Below, one piece after another: positions 13,461 through 22,616 of a stretch of 38,299 nucleotides of DNA. A program made the position numbers and the translations under genes. Each line of letters opens with the position of its first letter. The first letter of the stretch is position 1. The notes beneath the pieces are model-generated. The model was not told where the DNA came from. It saw only the letters and a program-made list of their open reading frames with translations, and made no database searches. Origin of the DNA: a virus. The stretch is from IMG/VR virus record IMGVR_UViG_3300022690_000367; one strand, 5' to 3'.

Positions 13461-13702
13461 TAGTTAGTATAGAGATTCAAGCGGTGCTGAAAGTAGAAGC
13501 ACTGACTCTCGATAAGGTTAGATTGTCATAGCTGGTCGAGTCAACTTAATAAATAAGGTTGATTATGGTGGTCACTGAGCAGATTTACGCCAAACCATGA
13601 ACGGCTCTAGGTTCGATTCCTAGATTTACACTGGATATGTGGCATCGAGAACACTTAACCATAGCAGGATTAACGCCCTGCCTTGAATCTCTATACTAAC
13701 TA
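13461..13702. other. 242-bp non-coding element bounded by perfect 21-bp inverted repeats, containing a tRNA T-arm mimic
   Basis: TAGTTAGTATAGAGATTCAAG at 13461..13481 is the exact reverse complement of 13682..13702. The interior holds CTAGG-TTCGATT-CCTAG (13607..13623) and several hairpins. Confidence 0.8.
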
Positions 13703-13940
13703 AAGTCCTTATAAAGATTAATTCTTATCAGCAAAAATGAATCGACAATCATGCCAGATTTAAAATGGCATTAACTAAGGAAGAGTTAATTATAATCTAG
13801 CATACGGATACCCGCCCATGTCAATGAGTGCTAGTCCTGATTTAAAGAGCAAAAAGTACTCTGCCGTAATGGTAAGCCTGTAAGGGTTTAAAGAGGAAAT
13901 TGGGCCACTATTAACTAAATTTAATAACTGGAGATAAAAA

Positions 13941-14339
13941 ATGTTCAATTCAAAACTTAAAGCACAAAAAGAAGAGCTCGAAAAAGAAGTAAGGATGCTT
14001 AAATCAGAACTAGCCGACGAGACTATTAAAAACAGGCCCGAGAAAGAAATCAGATCATTAAAGAATGAATTGGCCGAAGTTGTGCAAAAGAAGAAAATGG
14101 AAGAAGATGATATTAAACATATGGTTAAAATCCATAAAGAGCGAAACGCCATTGAACTTGAAAAGAAAACCATGGAACTTGAGCGAGAAAAGCAGAACGA
14201 AGTTGCAGTCGTTAAAGATAATTACAAAGATAAAATGGAGGAGCGCTTGCAGTTTGAAGTAACCAACATGAAAGAAATGTATGGTCAGATTTTAGAACGG
14301 CTACCAAATGTCTCAGCAAGGTTAAAAGGAGATATTTAA
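13941..14339 (+). CDS. K/E-rich coiled-coil protein (132 aa)
   Basis: ORF track. GGAG Shine-Dalgarno sequence. The antisense ORF 13790..14173 is a shadow. Confidence 0.6.
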   Translation: MFNSKLKAQKEELEKEVRMLKSELADETIKNRPEKEIRSLKNELAEVVQKKKMEEDDIKHMVKIHKERNAIELEKKTMELEREKQNEVAVVKDNYKDKMEERLQFEVTNMKEMYGQILERLPNVSARLKGDI

Positions 14340-14602
14340 TGTTTTTTGAAGGTCTTGCTGGGCTTGCTGCCGCTCAAGGATTGAGGCAGCAGGTGGGGAT
14401 AGGTGGACTAATGGGCTTAGGAGGCCAGGCAGCGCAAGGTAGTTTGAATAATGGTAGGTTAGCTATGCAAATAGCTCGTCAGGACGCTGTGTCGCAGAGA
14501 TCCAGTTTGTTTCAAAAAGAACATAAAGCTGTGAAAAAAGACAAAACCATCATTCAAGAGCTTCAAGCTGAAACTGATGAATGGTTAAAAGATATTGATT
14601 AG
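14339..14602 (+). CDS. Hypothetical Gly/Ala/Gln-rich protein (87 aa)
   Basis: ORF track. TAATG coupling. Confidence 0.5.
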   Translation: MFFEGLAGLAAAQGLRQQVGIGGLMGLGGQAAQGSLNNGRLAMQIARQDAVSQRSSLFQKEHKAVKKDKTIIQELQAETDEWLKDID

Positions 14603-14628
14603 ACACAGTTATAACTTAAAAGGATTGA

Positions 14629-14877
14629 ATGATGAATTTTAAAGAATACCTAGAGAAACTAAACGCCTTTGCTAAAGAAAACCCGGAATCGTTAGGTTTC
14701 GTTGTTGTATCGTCATCAGATGATGAAGGGAATAGTTACAACAAAGTCCATTATGATCCTTCACTAGGTCATTATGATGGTGAATATAACGGTGATTGGC
14801 ATAGTGAAGAGAATATAAAGGATGAGCCTGAAGAATATGAAGATGATATTAAACTGAATTCGGTATGTATCAATTAA
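14629..14877 (+). CDS. Hypothetical acidic protein (82 aa)
   Basis: ORF track. Confidence 0.55.
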   Translation: MMNFKEYLEKLNAFAKENPESLGFVVVSSSDDEGNSYNKVHYDPSLGHYDGEYNGDWHSEENIKDEPEEYEDDIKLNSVCIN

Positions 14878-14904
14878 CCAACCTTATTGTTAATGGAGAA
14901 TAGA

Positions 14905-15048
14905 ATGGAAGATAAACATAAAAATTACGCGCTAGTCATCGGAATGATTGGTTTAGGATGTATCGGAACGTACCTAGAACTAAACGGTATTAGTTCAACA
15001 TGGGTTTGGGTCGGATGTTTCTTTTGCTTCTTTAGTTTAGTAGATTAA
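14905..15048 (+). CDS. Membrane micro-ORF, 47 aa (MEDKHKNYALVIGMIGLGCIGTYLELNGISSTWVWVGCFFCFFSLVD)
   Basis: Manual translation. GGAGAA Shine-Dalgarno sequence. Confidence 0.45.
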   Translation: MEDKHKNYALVIGMIGLGCIGTYLELNGISSTWVWVGCFFCFFSLVD

Positions 15049-15050
15049 TT

Positions 15051-15167
15051 ATGCCTAAACAAATGATTGGCCCAAACTGGCGGGCAAGCGATAGAACCAT
15101 TAAAAGCTTGGTAAATGCCGGTTATACTGATGAGCAACGTAAGCGAATCTTACAGGAGCACTCATGA
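15051..15167 (+). CDS. 38-aa ORF homologous to the N-terminus of the 15661..16026 product (gene-fragment duplicate)
   Basis: IGPNWRASDRTIKSLVNAGYTDEQRKRI versus IDFKWRPAKKTSTSLENLGYTEEQRKAI gives 15 identities in 28 residues by hand alignment. ATGA coupling to the HNH gene. Confidence 0.5.
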   Translation: MPKQMIGPNWRASDRTIKSLVNAGYTDEQRKRILQEHS

Positions 15168-15661
15168 TTACGTACCAAATAGTTAAGGGTTTATTTAATT
15201 ACGAACCGGATAGCGGAATTTCAACTTGGAAAATAAAACCTTCTAGAGCTGTGAATGCCGGAGATATAGCTGGATCAATTAATTCTAAAGGTTATTTACA
15301 TACAAGGATAAGTGGAAAAGTTTATTTTAATCACCGAATATCCTTTTTATGGTATCACGGCTATCTACCAAAGTATGTTGACCATAAAGACACAATCCCG
15401 TTGCATAACTGGATCAGTAATCTCAGGGAGTGCTCACATTCTCAAAACAACTTTAATATCAAAATAAGCAAAAACAACAAGTCTGGTGTAAAAGGTGTTT
15501 GCTGGAATAAATCAGCTAAAAAGTGGCACGCTCAATTACAAGTTAACAGGAAATCAATACACCTTGGATTATTTGTAGATCTAAAAGAAGCAGAAAAAAC
15601 AATTAAGGCGGCCAGGTTAGAGCTTCATGGAGAATTTACTAATCATGGTAAATCTGAATAA
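15164..15661 (+). CDS. HNH (HNH_3-type) homing endonuclease with a C-terminal AP2 DNA-binding domain
   Basis: GYLHTRISGKVYFNHRISFLWYHG...VDHKD...NLRECSHSQN is the HNH_3 pattern. SGVKGVCWNKSAKKWHAQLQVNRKSIHLGLF...HGEF is the AP2 pattern. Confidence 0.8.
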   Translation: MITYQIVKGLFNYEPDSGISTWKIKPSRAVNAGDIAGSINSKGYLHTRISGKVYFNHRISFLWYHGYLPKYVDHKDTIPLHNWISNLRECSHSQNNFNIKISKNNKSGVKGVCWNKSAKKWHAQLQVNRKSIHLGLFVDLKEAEKTIKAARLELHGEFTNHGKSE

Positions 15662-16026
15662 TGGAAACCCTAATCGATTTCAAATGGCGGCCAGCAAAGA
15701 AGACCAGCACATCACTGGAAAATCTTGGCTACACAGAAGAACAGAGAAAAGCAATAGGTATAATATTTCTCAAAAGATTTGGTGGTCAGTCAATCGATAA
15801 AGCTTCAAGTAAGTTTTACAATATGGTGCGTAGCTCAGGTTCAGCTCATAAAACTCTAAAGCCTGATTTAAGCGCTGGTGAGGCTTTAGGTAAAGAGAGA
15901 GCTGATGATATTGCTAACCGTTCAAAAGACGCTCACAACAAGGCCGTGGAGTCTCATAACGTAGAGGGCGGCATGACTAAAGAACAAGCTAAGGTTTGGA
16001 TAGATAAACAGAGAGGTTTAATATGA
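15661..16026 (+). CDS. Hypothetical protein (121 aa), probable homing target/partner gene
   Basis: ORF track. Its N-terminus is paralogous to the 15051..15167 product. Confidence 0.55.
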   Translation: METLIDFKWRPAKKTSTSLENLGYTEEQRKAIGIIFLKRFGGQSIDKASSKFYNMVRSSGSAHKTLKPDLSAGEALGKERADDIANRSKDAHNKAVESHNVEGGMTKEQAKVWIDKQRGLI

Positions 16027-16448
16027 CAACAATTGCATACAAACACGAAGATGGACAAATCGCTATTGATTCTAGAGTGACCGCAGGGAACGTATTGATT
16101 TCGAATAAGGTGAATAAAATAATTAAAAATAATACTGGCGTTTGGCTTCTTGCTGGATCTACTTGCGATTGCGAAGGGCTGGCTTTATTAAAACATAATG
16201 ATCATGTTGAACCACTGCCTGACTGCAGCGCTTTATTAATTAAGGACAGAAAAGCCTATCTCGTATCAGTTAATAATGATGGGTATTGTTGCTATACAGA
16301 ATTAAATTATGATTACACTATTGGCTCTGGTGGAGAATATGCAACCGGAGCCATGGATCATGGTAAGAGTGCAAAAGAGGCCGTTAAATATGCTATGACT
16401 CGTGATGTTTATACCGGCGGTAGGATTAGAGTTTTTAATGTTCGATAA
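16023..16448 (+). CDS. HslV / proteasome beta-like Ntn-hydrolase (141 aa)
   Basis: Starts M-TTIAYKHEDGQIAIDSRVTAGN (compare HslV [24 protein letters not shown]). Also carries the conserved GSGGEYATGA motif. Confidence 0.65.
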   Translation: MTTIAYKHEDGQIAIDSRVTAGNVLISNKVNKIIKNNTGVWLLAGSTCDCEGLALLKHNDHVEPLPDCSALLIKDRKAYLVSVNNDGYCCYTELNYDYTIGSGGEYATGAMDHGKSAKEAVKYAMTRDVYTGGRIRVFNVR

Positions 16449-16482
16449 ACAACGTGAGTTAATTAACTAACTGGAGAGAGAA

Positions 16483-16707
16483 ATGAAAATTGAATTTATA
16501 TTAAGAGAGTCGACGATTAAAGATATTATTAAGCCTTGGGTGGATACTGGCCATACTGATAATTCGGGTGATGGCGGATTTATCTTTGATGATTTGTTGA
16601 CAATGCCTTTTTTTGAGGATGGGTGCGTATATGTAGAAACTGATGAGTCGCAATATATCTACAATGTGTCTGATTTCTACAGGATTAAAATTAGTGGCAA
16701 ACTGTAG
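16483..16707 (+). CDS. Hypothetical acidic protein (74 aa)
   Basis: ORF track. Confidence 0.5.
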   Translation: MKIEFILRESTIKDIIKPWVDTGHTDNSGDGGFIFDDLLTMPFFEDGCVYVETDESQYIYNVSDFYRIKISGKL

Positions 16708-16743
16708 CCAACCATCAGAAAGATAGATTAAGAGGGTTTAAGC

Positions 16744-17271
16744 ATGAAAGTATTTGAATCAACCACAAAAGAATCAGAAAAAGATGGCGCACAAACCCCT
16801 TGGTGGTTTATTAGATCTCTAGAGTCCGTTTTGGGTATAAAATTTAGCCTTGATGTTTGTTGCTCCAAATTAACAGCTAAAGCAGGCAATTATTTTAGCT
16901 TAGTGGACGACTGTAAGGACGGATTAAGTGAGGAATGGGTTGAATATAATTGGTGTAACCCGCCTTTTTCAGATATTGCAATATGGATAAGTAAAGCGAT
17001 AGATGAAGCTAAATTAGGCCGATGCACAGCAATGATAATGCCTGATAATACAGAAACCAAATACGTTAGATTAGCAACCGATTACTGCGACACAATTATT
17101 AGGATGCCTTTTCGTCTCAATTTTCTTAAACCGGACGGCTCTAACTTTCTAGACAAGAAAGGCAAAAAACAAGGCCCGCAATTTCCTTGCGCTGTATTTT
17201 GGTTTACTCCATTGGGATTATCTTGCGATAGCAGGGTTATTTACCATGATTTTAGAGTTGGGTTTGAATAA
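16744..17271 (+). CDS. dam: Phage-type DNA N6-adenine methyltransferase (Dam, PF05869-like)
   Basis: QTPWWF...FSLDVCC...DGLSEEW...WCNPPFS (motif IV NPPF) and downstream conservation typical of the phage Dam family. Confidence 0.8.
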   Translation: MKVFESTTKESEKDGAQTPWWFIRSLESVLGIKFSLDVCCSKLTAKAGNYFSLVDDCKDGLSEEWVEYNWCNPPFSDIAIWISKAIDEAKLGRCTAMIMPDNTETKYVRLATDYCDTIIRMPFRLNFLKPDGSNFLDKKGKKQGPQFPCAVFWFTPLGLSCDSRVIYHDFRVGFE

Positions 17272-17612
17272 TGCAGCCTCTTGAACGAATAACCCAGCTT
17301 CACGCATTAAGTAAAGTTTATGCAAAAGCTAAAGCTGAGACTGAGTATCTAAAACATTTCAGAAAGTCTAAGTTAGCAATGCTTAAGGCTAAATACTTAA
17401 AGCTAGACACAAAACGGTCAAATGCGGCTTGTGATGACCTTGCTAGAGCTGATGATGAGTATCTAACTGTTATAGACGGTCTTAAAATCGCCATAGAGAC
17501 TAGTGAGGCGGCTTTCTGGGAGTTGAACATATCGAAGGCAGGGATACAAATTTGGCAGACACAGCGAGCAGATGAGAGGGCTAAGCAATCAATTGAGAGT
17601 CAATTAACATGA
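17271..17612 (+). CDS. Hypothetical protein (113 aa)
   Basis: ORF track. The antisense ORF 17318..17530 is a shadow. Confidence 0.55.
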   Translation: MQPLERITQLHALSKVYAKAKAETEYLKHFRKSKLAMLKAKYLKLDTKRSNAACDDLARADDEYLTVIDGLKIAIETSEAAFWELNISKAGIQIWQTQRADERAKQSIESQLT

Positions 17613-17731
17613 GCAAGATGATTAAAATATTGTTTATTTTGCCAACAGTATTATTTTTACTGGCTATTTTATTTTGGGTTTTAATATCGTTTACAAGAAG
17701 TCAATTTAATGAATTGGAGATCAAAGAATAA
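17609..17731 (+). CDS. Membrane micro-ORF, 40 aa (MSKMIKILFILPTVLFLLAILFWVLISFTRSQFNELEIKE)
   Basis: Manual translation. ATGA and TAATG coupling to its neighbours. Confidence 0.45.
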   Translation: MSKMIKILFILPTVLFLLAILFWVLISFTRSQFNELEIKE

Positions 17732-18135
17732 TGGGAATTAAAATTAAACCTGCTGATAAGGCCTTTGCAGACTGTTTAAAGACTGCTCATGACTACACGT
17801 GTGAAAGATGCGGTAATCAAGGAAGAATGGAGTTAAGCCACGTTTACGGACGTAGGCACCGTACTATAAGATGGTGTAAGGATAATGGTAATTGCCTTTG
17901 TCACTACTGTCATCGCCAATGGCATGAAGACCCTCTGGATTCCTTTTATTGGTTTGATGAAAAGTATGGTGAGGCTAGAAGGAATTTCTTAACTGAGAAA
18001 ATGCACAATAGAGTTAAAGTATCGAAACTTGAAGAAAAAGACATTGCTAAACACTATCGAGAGCAACTTAAGCTTATAGAGCAAAAGCGCCTCGATGGTG
18101 AATGTGGTTATATTGATTTTGTTAGCTGGCAGTAA
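17731..18135 (+). CDS. Zn-finger His-Me (HNH-like) nuclease candidate, NinG/YbcO-like
   Basis: CERCG...ELSHVYGRRH...NGNCLCHYCHRQWH is a CxxC/H/CxxCH pattern. It is the last gene of the right arm, as in lambdoid nin regions. Confidence 0.4.
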   Translation: MGIKIKPADKAFADCLKTAHDYTCERCGNQGRMELSHVYGRRHRTIRWCKDNGNCLCHYCHRQWHEDPLDSFYWFDEKYGEARRNFLTEKMHNRVKVSKLEEKDIAKHYREQLKLIEQKRLDGECGYIDFVSWQ

Positions 18136-20439
18136 TTAACCAAAAAACATAATAGTTATAGCTCTGGTTGAGCCTAATCTGTTTTTAATGTTTACCGCTC
18201 CCGTTGCATCAACCCATAAATTTAGGTCTCCATCGGTATCAGGGTTTGCTCCCGCAACAGAGTGGTCGATTAGGTTGGCTGTATTGGAGTTCTTGGCTAT
18301 AATGTTTCCGCTCGGACCTTCGCATCCGAATATGCCTTGTGTTAGATGGGTTCCGAAATTCACATTAACCATGATCATGTGATTGCCTTTAGCAAAACCA
18401 CGAATATCGAATACGTGCGTTGCATCGTCAGCAAGAGAGACAGATTGAACTGATAAAGCACCACCTGAATTTTTATTGCCGTCAAATAACGCACCCCCGG
18501 CAAGCATTGGCGCTCTGCCTGCAGTGGCACCTATCTCATATTTCCGGATAATACCTGCAAACCCTAACCCACCGCTAAGCACACCAAGGAAACTACGACT
18601 ACCACCGCCAACATCATTGGAAAACTCAACATCACTACCACTAGTATTACTAATGTTGTTTGCACTTAGAGTAGCATCAACATGATTATCTTGTAATGCA
18701 ATAGGATTAAAATTGAAGTTACCTGAAATCCCATCTATTATGATAGAACCAATAGCTCCTGTTGTGTAACTTGAAATCGTTGCGTGGTCTACATCCCCAT
18801 TCTCCATTGTTACGTTTGTTATACTGACAAGACTGAAAGGCTTAGCTGATGAAGTTACGTTCAATTGTAGCCCAACATAAGCAGCTAAAGTATTAGATAG
18901 TGACGCTAAAACATCATTGTAAATCCTAATATTATCAACGGTAACTGTACCACGCCTTTCACCAAAATCAGTACCTTGAAAATAAGAAACGGGTATATAT
19001 GAAGTCGAGATTGGACTTGTTGTATCACCAATTAAAAATATAGTTTGGTTTTTACAAGTTCCTACTCCGTATTGTAAATTAAAATCAATAGATCCACCGC
19101 TAATTGTCCTGCTTCCTGTATCACCATCACGAACAACAACATTGTCATGGGTGTTAGGTACGCATTGATATTTTTCAGATCTTCCAATTGGGTTTATATA
19201 AGTGTTACTGTGAGATTCTACTGAAACCGGAGCATGAGCATTTATACCACTACCACCAATAGGGAAATTAGTAGGGTCTGGAAGCTTGGCAAAGAAATAA
19301 TCAGTATCATTGTCTGAAGCCCCTGTATCATCTGTATCTATACCGGAATAAACATTTTTTGTATGAAGGATAGCTCTAGGGAAAAGCGTTGGGCTAATAT
19401 CTTGAACAACCATTGTTTGTGTTGCCACAGTTCCAAGACCTGATACCCGTGTTGTATCTTTATGCACTCCACCAGACACATCGACTAATTCAAAACTACC
19501 CCTAACAAAAATGTTGGTATTGAATAAAGTAGTTAACGTTGCTCTAAAGCTTGTTGATTTACCTTTAATAACACAGGTTGGTAAAGGCGAAGTCATGGCT
19601 GTGCTATTCTCAATTAACCAACCAGCGCACATCAGGTTGTTACCATCACTATTTATATCGTATCTGAAATCGAAACCGTCACATTCAATTGTTATCATAT
19701 TTCCAGCAGTGGCAATACCAGACCACTTAATAATGCCATCACCAATTATTCTCTTATCGTTAGTTAATGTAGCCAAGGAGATAACGGAATCCATAGAACA
19801 TTCATCTGAGAATATAATACTGTAAACGTCAGACTGTAATAGGCTTAATATTGCCGCCGAACTATCAGAGCTGTCATAAGTAATACCCCATGCCGCTGCG
19901 TCTACTGTATCCTCAATAACTCTGAGTACAAAACTAATTGAATTATCTGCTACACCAACAATGATATTAAATGTATTGGGTGTTACGCTTGAAGTTAAAA
20001 CAACATCGTAAGTTCCTCCCCCACCGTTTCCGGTTGAAAATTCTGCTGTTCCGACTATATCGTTAACAATGTAAGTATTATTTGTGTTACCCGTCATTGT
20101 TGCCGTAGTTAGCTCCTGCCCTGCAACTTTCCCACCCACAAAGGTTATAATATTATCAGCTATTTGCAGAGCGTTTGTTGTGTCGTTGTCGTCGGCTTCT
20201 GCCGCTGTTGGTATTATCCATAAGTCATAAGGACCGTCAATAAATGGAATAACTAACGCTGAGCCTGCTGTAACCGGAAATCCTTGAGAATTTAATTGGA
20301 ATTTTGACGCGGTAGTAAGCCCTGTTATATCGGTTGCCATTGTTTTGGGTGTGGTTGTACCTTGCTCAAATGCTTTAATATATTGATTAGCAAAGTCTTC
20401 GTATTGTAGCGCTGAAAAAGCTATTGGAGCGAGAGCCAT
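18136..20439 (-). CDS. Tail fibre / tailspike protein (767 aa)
   Basis: Largest distal virion gene. Rich in T/S/G/N and beta-structure. Last gene of the structural operon. Confidence 0.6.
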   Translation of the reverse strand: MALAPIAFSALQYEDFANQYIKAFEQGTTTPKTMATDITGLTTASKFQLNSQGFPVTAGSALVIPFIDGPYDLWIIPTAAEADDNDTTNALQIADNIITFVGGKVAGQELTTATMTGNTNNTYIVNDIVGTAEFSTGNGGGGTYDVVLTSSVTPNTFNIIVGVADNSISFVLRVIEDTVDAAAWGITYDSSDSSAAILSLLQSDVYSIIFSDECSMDSVISLATLTNDKRIIGDGIIKWSGIATAGNMITIECDGFDFRYDINSDGNNLMCAGWLIENSTAMTSPLPTCVIKGKSTSFRATLTTLFNTNIFVRGSFELVDVSGGVHKDTTRVSGLGTVATQTMVVQDISPTLFPRAILHTKNVYSGIDTDDTGASDNDTDYFFAKLPDPTNFPIGGSGINAHAPVSVESHSNTYINPIGRSEKYQCVPNTHDNVVVRDGDTGSRTISGGSIDFNLQYGVGTCKNQTIFLIGDTTSPISTSYIPVSYFQGTDFGERRGTVTVDNIRIYNDVLASLSNTLAAYVGLQLNVTSSAKPFSLVSITNVTMENGDVDHATISSYTTGAIGSIIIDGISGNFNFNPIALQDNHVDATLSANNISNTSGSDVEFSNDVGGGSRSFLGVLSGGLGFAGIIRKYEIGATAGRAPMLAGGALFDGNKNSGGALSVQSVSLADDATHVFDIRGFAKGNHMIMVNVNFGTHLTQGIFGCEGPSGNIIAKNSNTANLIDHSVAGANPDTDGDLNLWVDATGAVNIKNRLGSTRAITIMFFG

Positions 20440-20441
20440 GA

Positions 20442-22616
20442 TTAATTACCTTCTTCTAATTCATTTATAAATAGATAACCCACTAAACTCGAGTCCTGTA
20501 AATTTCTTTGTTGTTCTGTACTTAATGTTTCAACCCATCTTTTATAAGGTCGTGTATCTTTTAACGCTGATTCTGCTTTCTGTAGCCCTTGAGATGCCGC
20601 TTTATTACCTTCAATCACACCCTCTTTTACGGATCTTCTAATAATCGCTTGGAATTGTGGTGATGCCAACAAATCGGAAGCTCTTTTAGCCCCGCTAGTT
20701 CCTTGCTGTAGAAATTCTAAGCTTGCATTTGTCATGAATGATGCTGTAGGGCTCCCTGTAGCCGCGGCAACGACGCTTGGTGCGGCTCTCCCTATCATTC
20801 TCCTAATAAAACCCGTTTCCTCATTAAACATGGCGTTTAATCGACCTGTAGTTATTCTATCTCCCAAAGCTCTAGATATTCCGCTTGATACTTTAAATAA
20901 GTTTTGTACGGCTTGCTGTGATCCTGGTGGTAAATTTTCAAATAACTTTTTCTTTACTGCTGGAGAACGCTCAATATTTTGAAACCATTTAGTAAACTGA
21001 GTCGGATTTAATGATTGTTGACCAACTCCGGAACCTCTAAATACGTCGTTCATAGCAGTAAGAACAACTGATTGCCTTTGGTTTTCAGGTATTGCGTTAA
21101 TCACTCGATTAAATCGATCTATATCATTTTTAGCCAAACCTTTAACAGCTCCCGCCACATTGACAGATAAAGCCTGATTTAAATCCTTCCCTAAAAGAGT
21201 TGTTATATTGTCTTCCAGTACTTTTCGTTGCGTTATTAATCCTTTGGCTGATGTTGTTATATCGCCAAACCCGGCACCTTCGGCTATTGCGTCCTGATCT
21301 TTAGATAACCTAGCGTACAGAGCTTTTAATAATCCTTGCTCTGTATCTTTAAAAGAACCAGACTTTTTATTAATAGCCTGACCTACCTCTCTCCTGATTT
21401 GATCTATTTTGCCTAATGTTGGGTTTATAGTCTCAGCACCCGAAAAAGTAACTCCACCAACAGCAGGATCGACAATTCTTGTGCCTCTTGTGGTTTTTGG
21501 CTCTAAATCATTTAGTATACTTCTTAATTTCGGTGGAAGTTCTTTTATCCCACCCAACTCTCGTATTTTACTCTGAATAAAATCAACTGTTTCAGGTGCT
21601 GGAAATCGTTCTGACTTCGGTAAAACTTTAGCAATTGTTCCATAAACATCATCGGCTTGTTGCGCCAAGCTATCTACAGTAGCTAAAGAGTTACGTTTGA
21701 AATCAATATTTAATTGCCCTTTATCTAAAGTCCCGCCGAAAGTTTCAATTAAATCATCAGCTCTTTGTGATAGATTTGATATAAAGGCTTTTGTTTGCAC
21801 ATCTAAAATGCTAGAAGGAACAGAGGCTAAACCCCCTTCAACGGCTCTAAATTGAGGGTTCCTACTTGCAAAACTTGCTAAAGGTTCAACGTTAATACCT
21901 AACTCGTCAGCAGCCCTAAAAAACTCTTTATCCGCATTAACTAAAGCCGCTAAATCTTCATCTGTTCCTTTTTTAATGACATCTGCTACAGGCTTTAATG
22001 TGTCTTCGGTTACGGCCTTTGATTTACTGTCGGTTATAGCTTTTAATATCCTAGGCTCTCTCGCGAATTGCCTAGCCACAGCTTGACCTGGTACAGCACC
22101 CCTTAAAAAAGCGCCTTCAATTAACGCCTCTGGTGCCGCTTGTCCGATGGCACCACCAATTCTCCGACCTCTTTCACCCAACAAAACTTGTCCGGTGATT
22201 TCGCCGATCTTAGTGATAAAATCACCAGCATCTTTTGACAGCTCGATAATTTTATCTATGCCTGGTAATTTCAATAAACTTTCTAATCCGCCGCCTATAT
22301 CCTGTAATGCCTGTTGGCCTTCCTCACTTAATTCAGGTGTTAATAATTCTTGCTGTCTTGCTACTTCTTCCGCACCAGCTTCAGCCCCTTCAAGAGCTGT
22401 TGTAACTAAACCTCCCAAACCAGATATAGGTCTTGTAACGGCACCTGCACCGATAAAGCCTACAGCCTCACCCACTCCTTTAACACGCCTAGCTAGCTCT
22501 ATAGGGTTAAATCCAAATATATCTTGAACGGCTTGTCCTGGTGCCTGCTGTTGTGGAATGTCAGCTAAGAGATTAACAGGTTGTCTTTGCTGAAGTTCTG
22601 CTAATAAATCAGCCAT
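20442..22616 (-). CDS. Internal virion / ejection protein candidate (724 aa)
   Basis: Large, alpha-helical, A/G/L/Q-rich. Lies between the tail genes and the fibre, as in podovirus core-protein clusters. Confidence 0.45.
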   Translation of the reverse strand: MADLLAELQQRQPVNLLADIPQQQAPGQAVQDIFGFNPIELARRVKGVGEAVGFIGAGAVTRPISGLGGLVTTALEGAEAGAEEVARQQELLTPELSEEGQQALQDIGGGLESLLKLPGIDKIIELSKDAGDFITKIGEITGQVLLGERGRRIGGAIGQAAPEALIEGAFLRGAVPGQAVARQFAREPRILKAITDSKSKAVTEDTLKPVADVIKKGTDEDLAALVNADKEFFRAADELGINVEPLASFASRNPQFRAVEGGLASVPSSILDVQTKAFISNLSQRADDLIETFGGTLDKGQLNIDFKRNSLATVDSLAQQADDVYGTIAKVLPKSERFPAPETVDFIQSKIRELGGIKELPPKLRSILNDLEPKTTRGTRIVDPAVGGVTFSGAETINPTLGKIDQIRREVGQAINKKSGSFKDTEQGLLKALYARLSKDQDAIAEGAGFGDITTSAKGLITQRKVLEDNITTLLGKDLNQALSVNVAGAVKGLAKNDIDRFNRVINAIPENQRQSVVLTAMNDVFRGSGVGQQSLNPTQFTKWFQNIERSPAVKKKLFENLPPGSQQAVQNLFKVSSGISRALGDRITTGRLNAMFNEETGFIRRMIGRAAPSVVAAATGSPTASFMTNASLEFLQQGTSGAKRASDLLASPQFQAIIRRSVKEGVIEGNKAASQGLQKAESALKDTRPYKRWVETLSTEQQRNLQDSSLVGYLFINELEEGN

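Noticed and set aside
13435-13464. TTGACC-N18-GATAGT promoter for the inverted-repeat-bounded element
   Set aside because: The -10 is poor, and the predicted start would fall inside the left repeat arm.
13605-13631. Possible second tRNA gene (GGTTCGATTCC T-loop)
   Set aside because: Only the T-arm is present. The 3' flank ATTTACA has no complementary 5' acceptor strand within 100 nt, and no D arm or anticodon arm can be drawn. I treat it as a tRNA-like module of the inverted-repeat-bounded element.
13790-14173. 127-aa minus-strand ORF
   Set aside because: It is the antisense shadow of the K/E-rich coiled-coil gene, with an S/F/L-rich translation typical of the reverse frame.
15127-15133. 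CUGAUGA hammerhead-core match on the plus strand
   Set aside because: It lies inside a coding ORF. The following sequence gives only a 2-bp stem II, and GAAU replaces GAAA.
16640-16646. CUGAUGA hammerhead-core match on the plus strand
   Set aside because: It lies inside 16483..16707. There is no downstream GAAA box and no stems.
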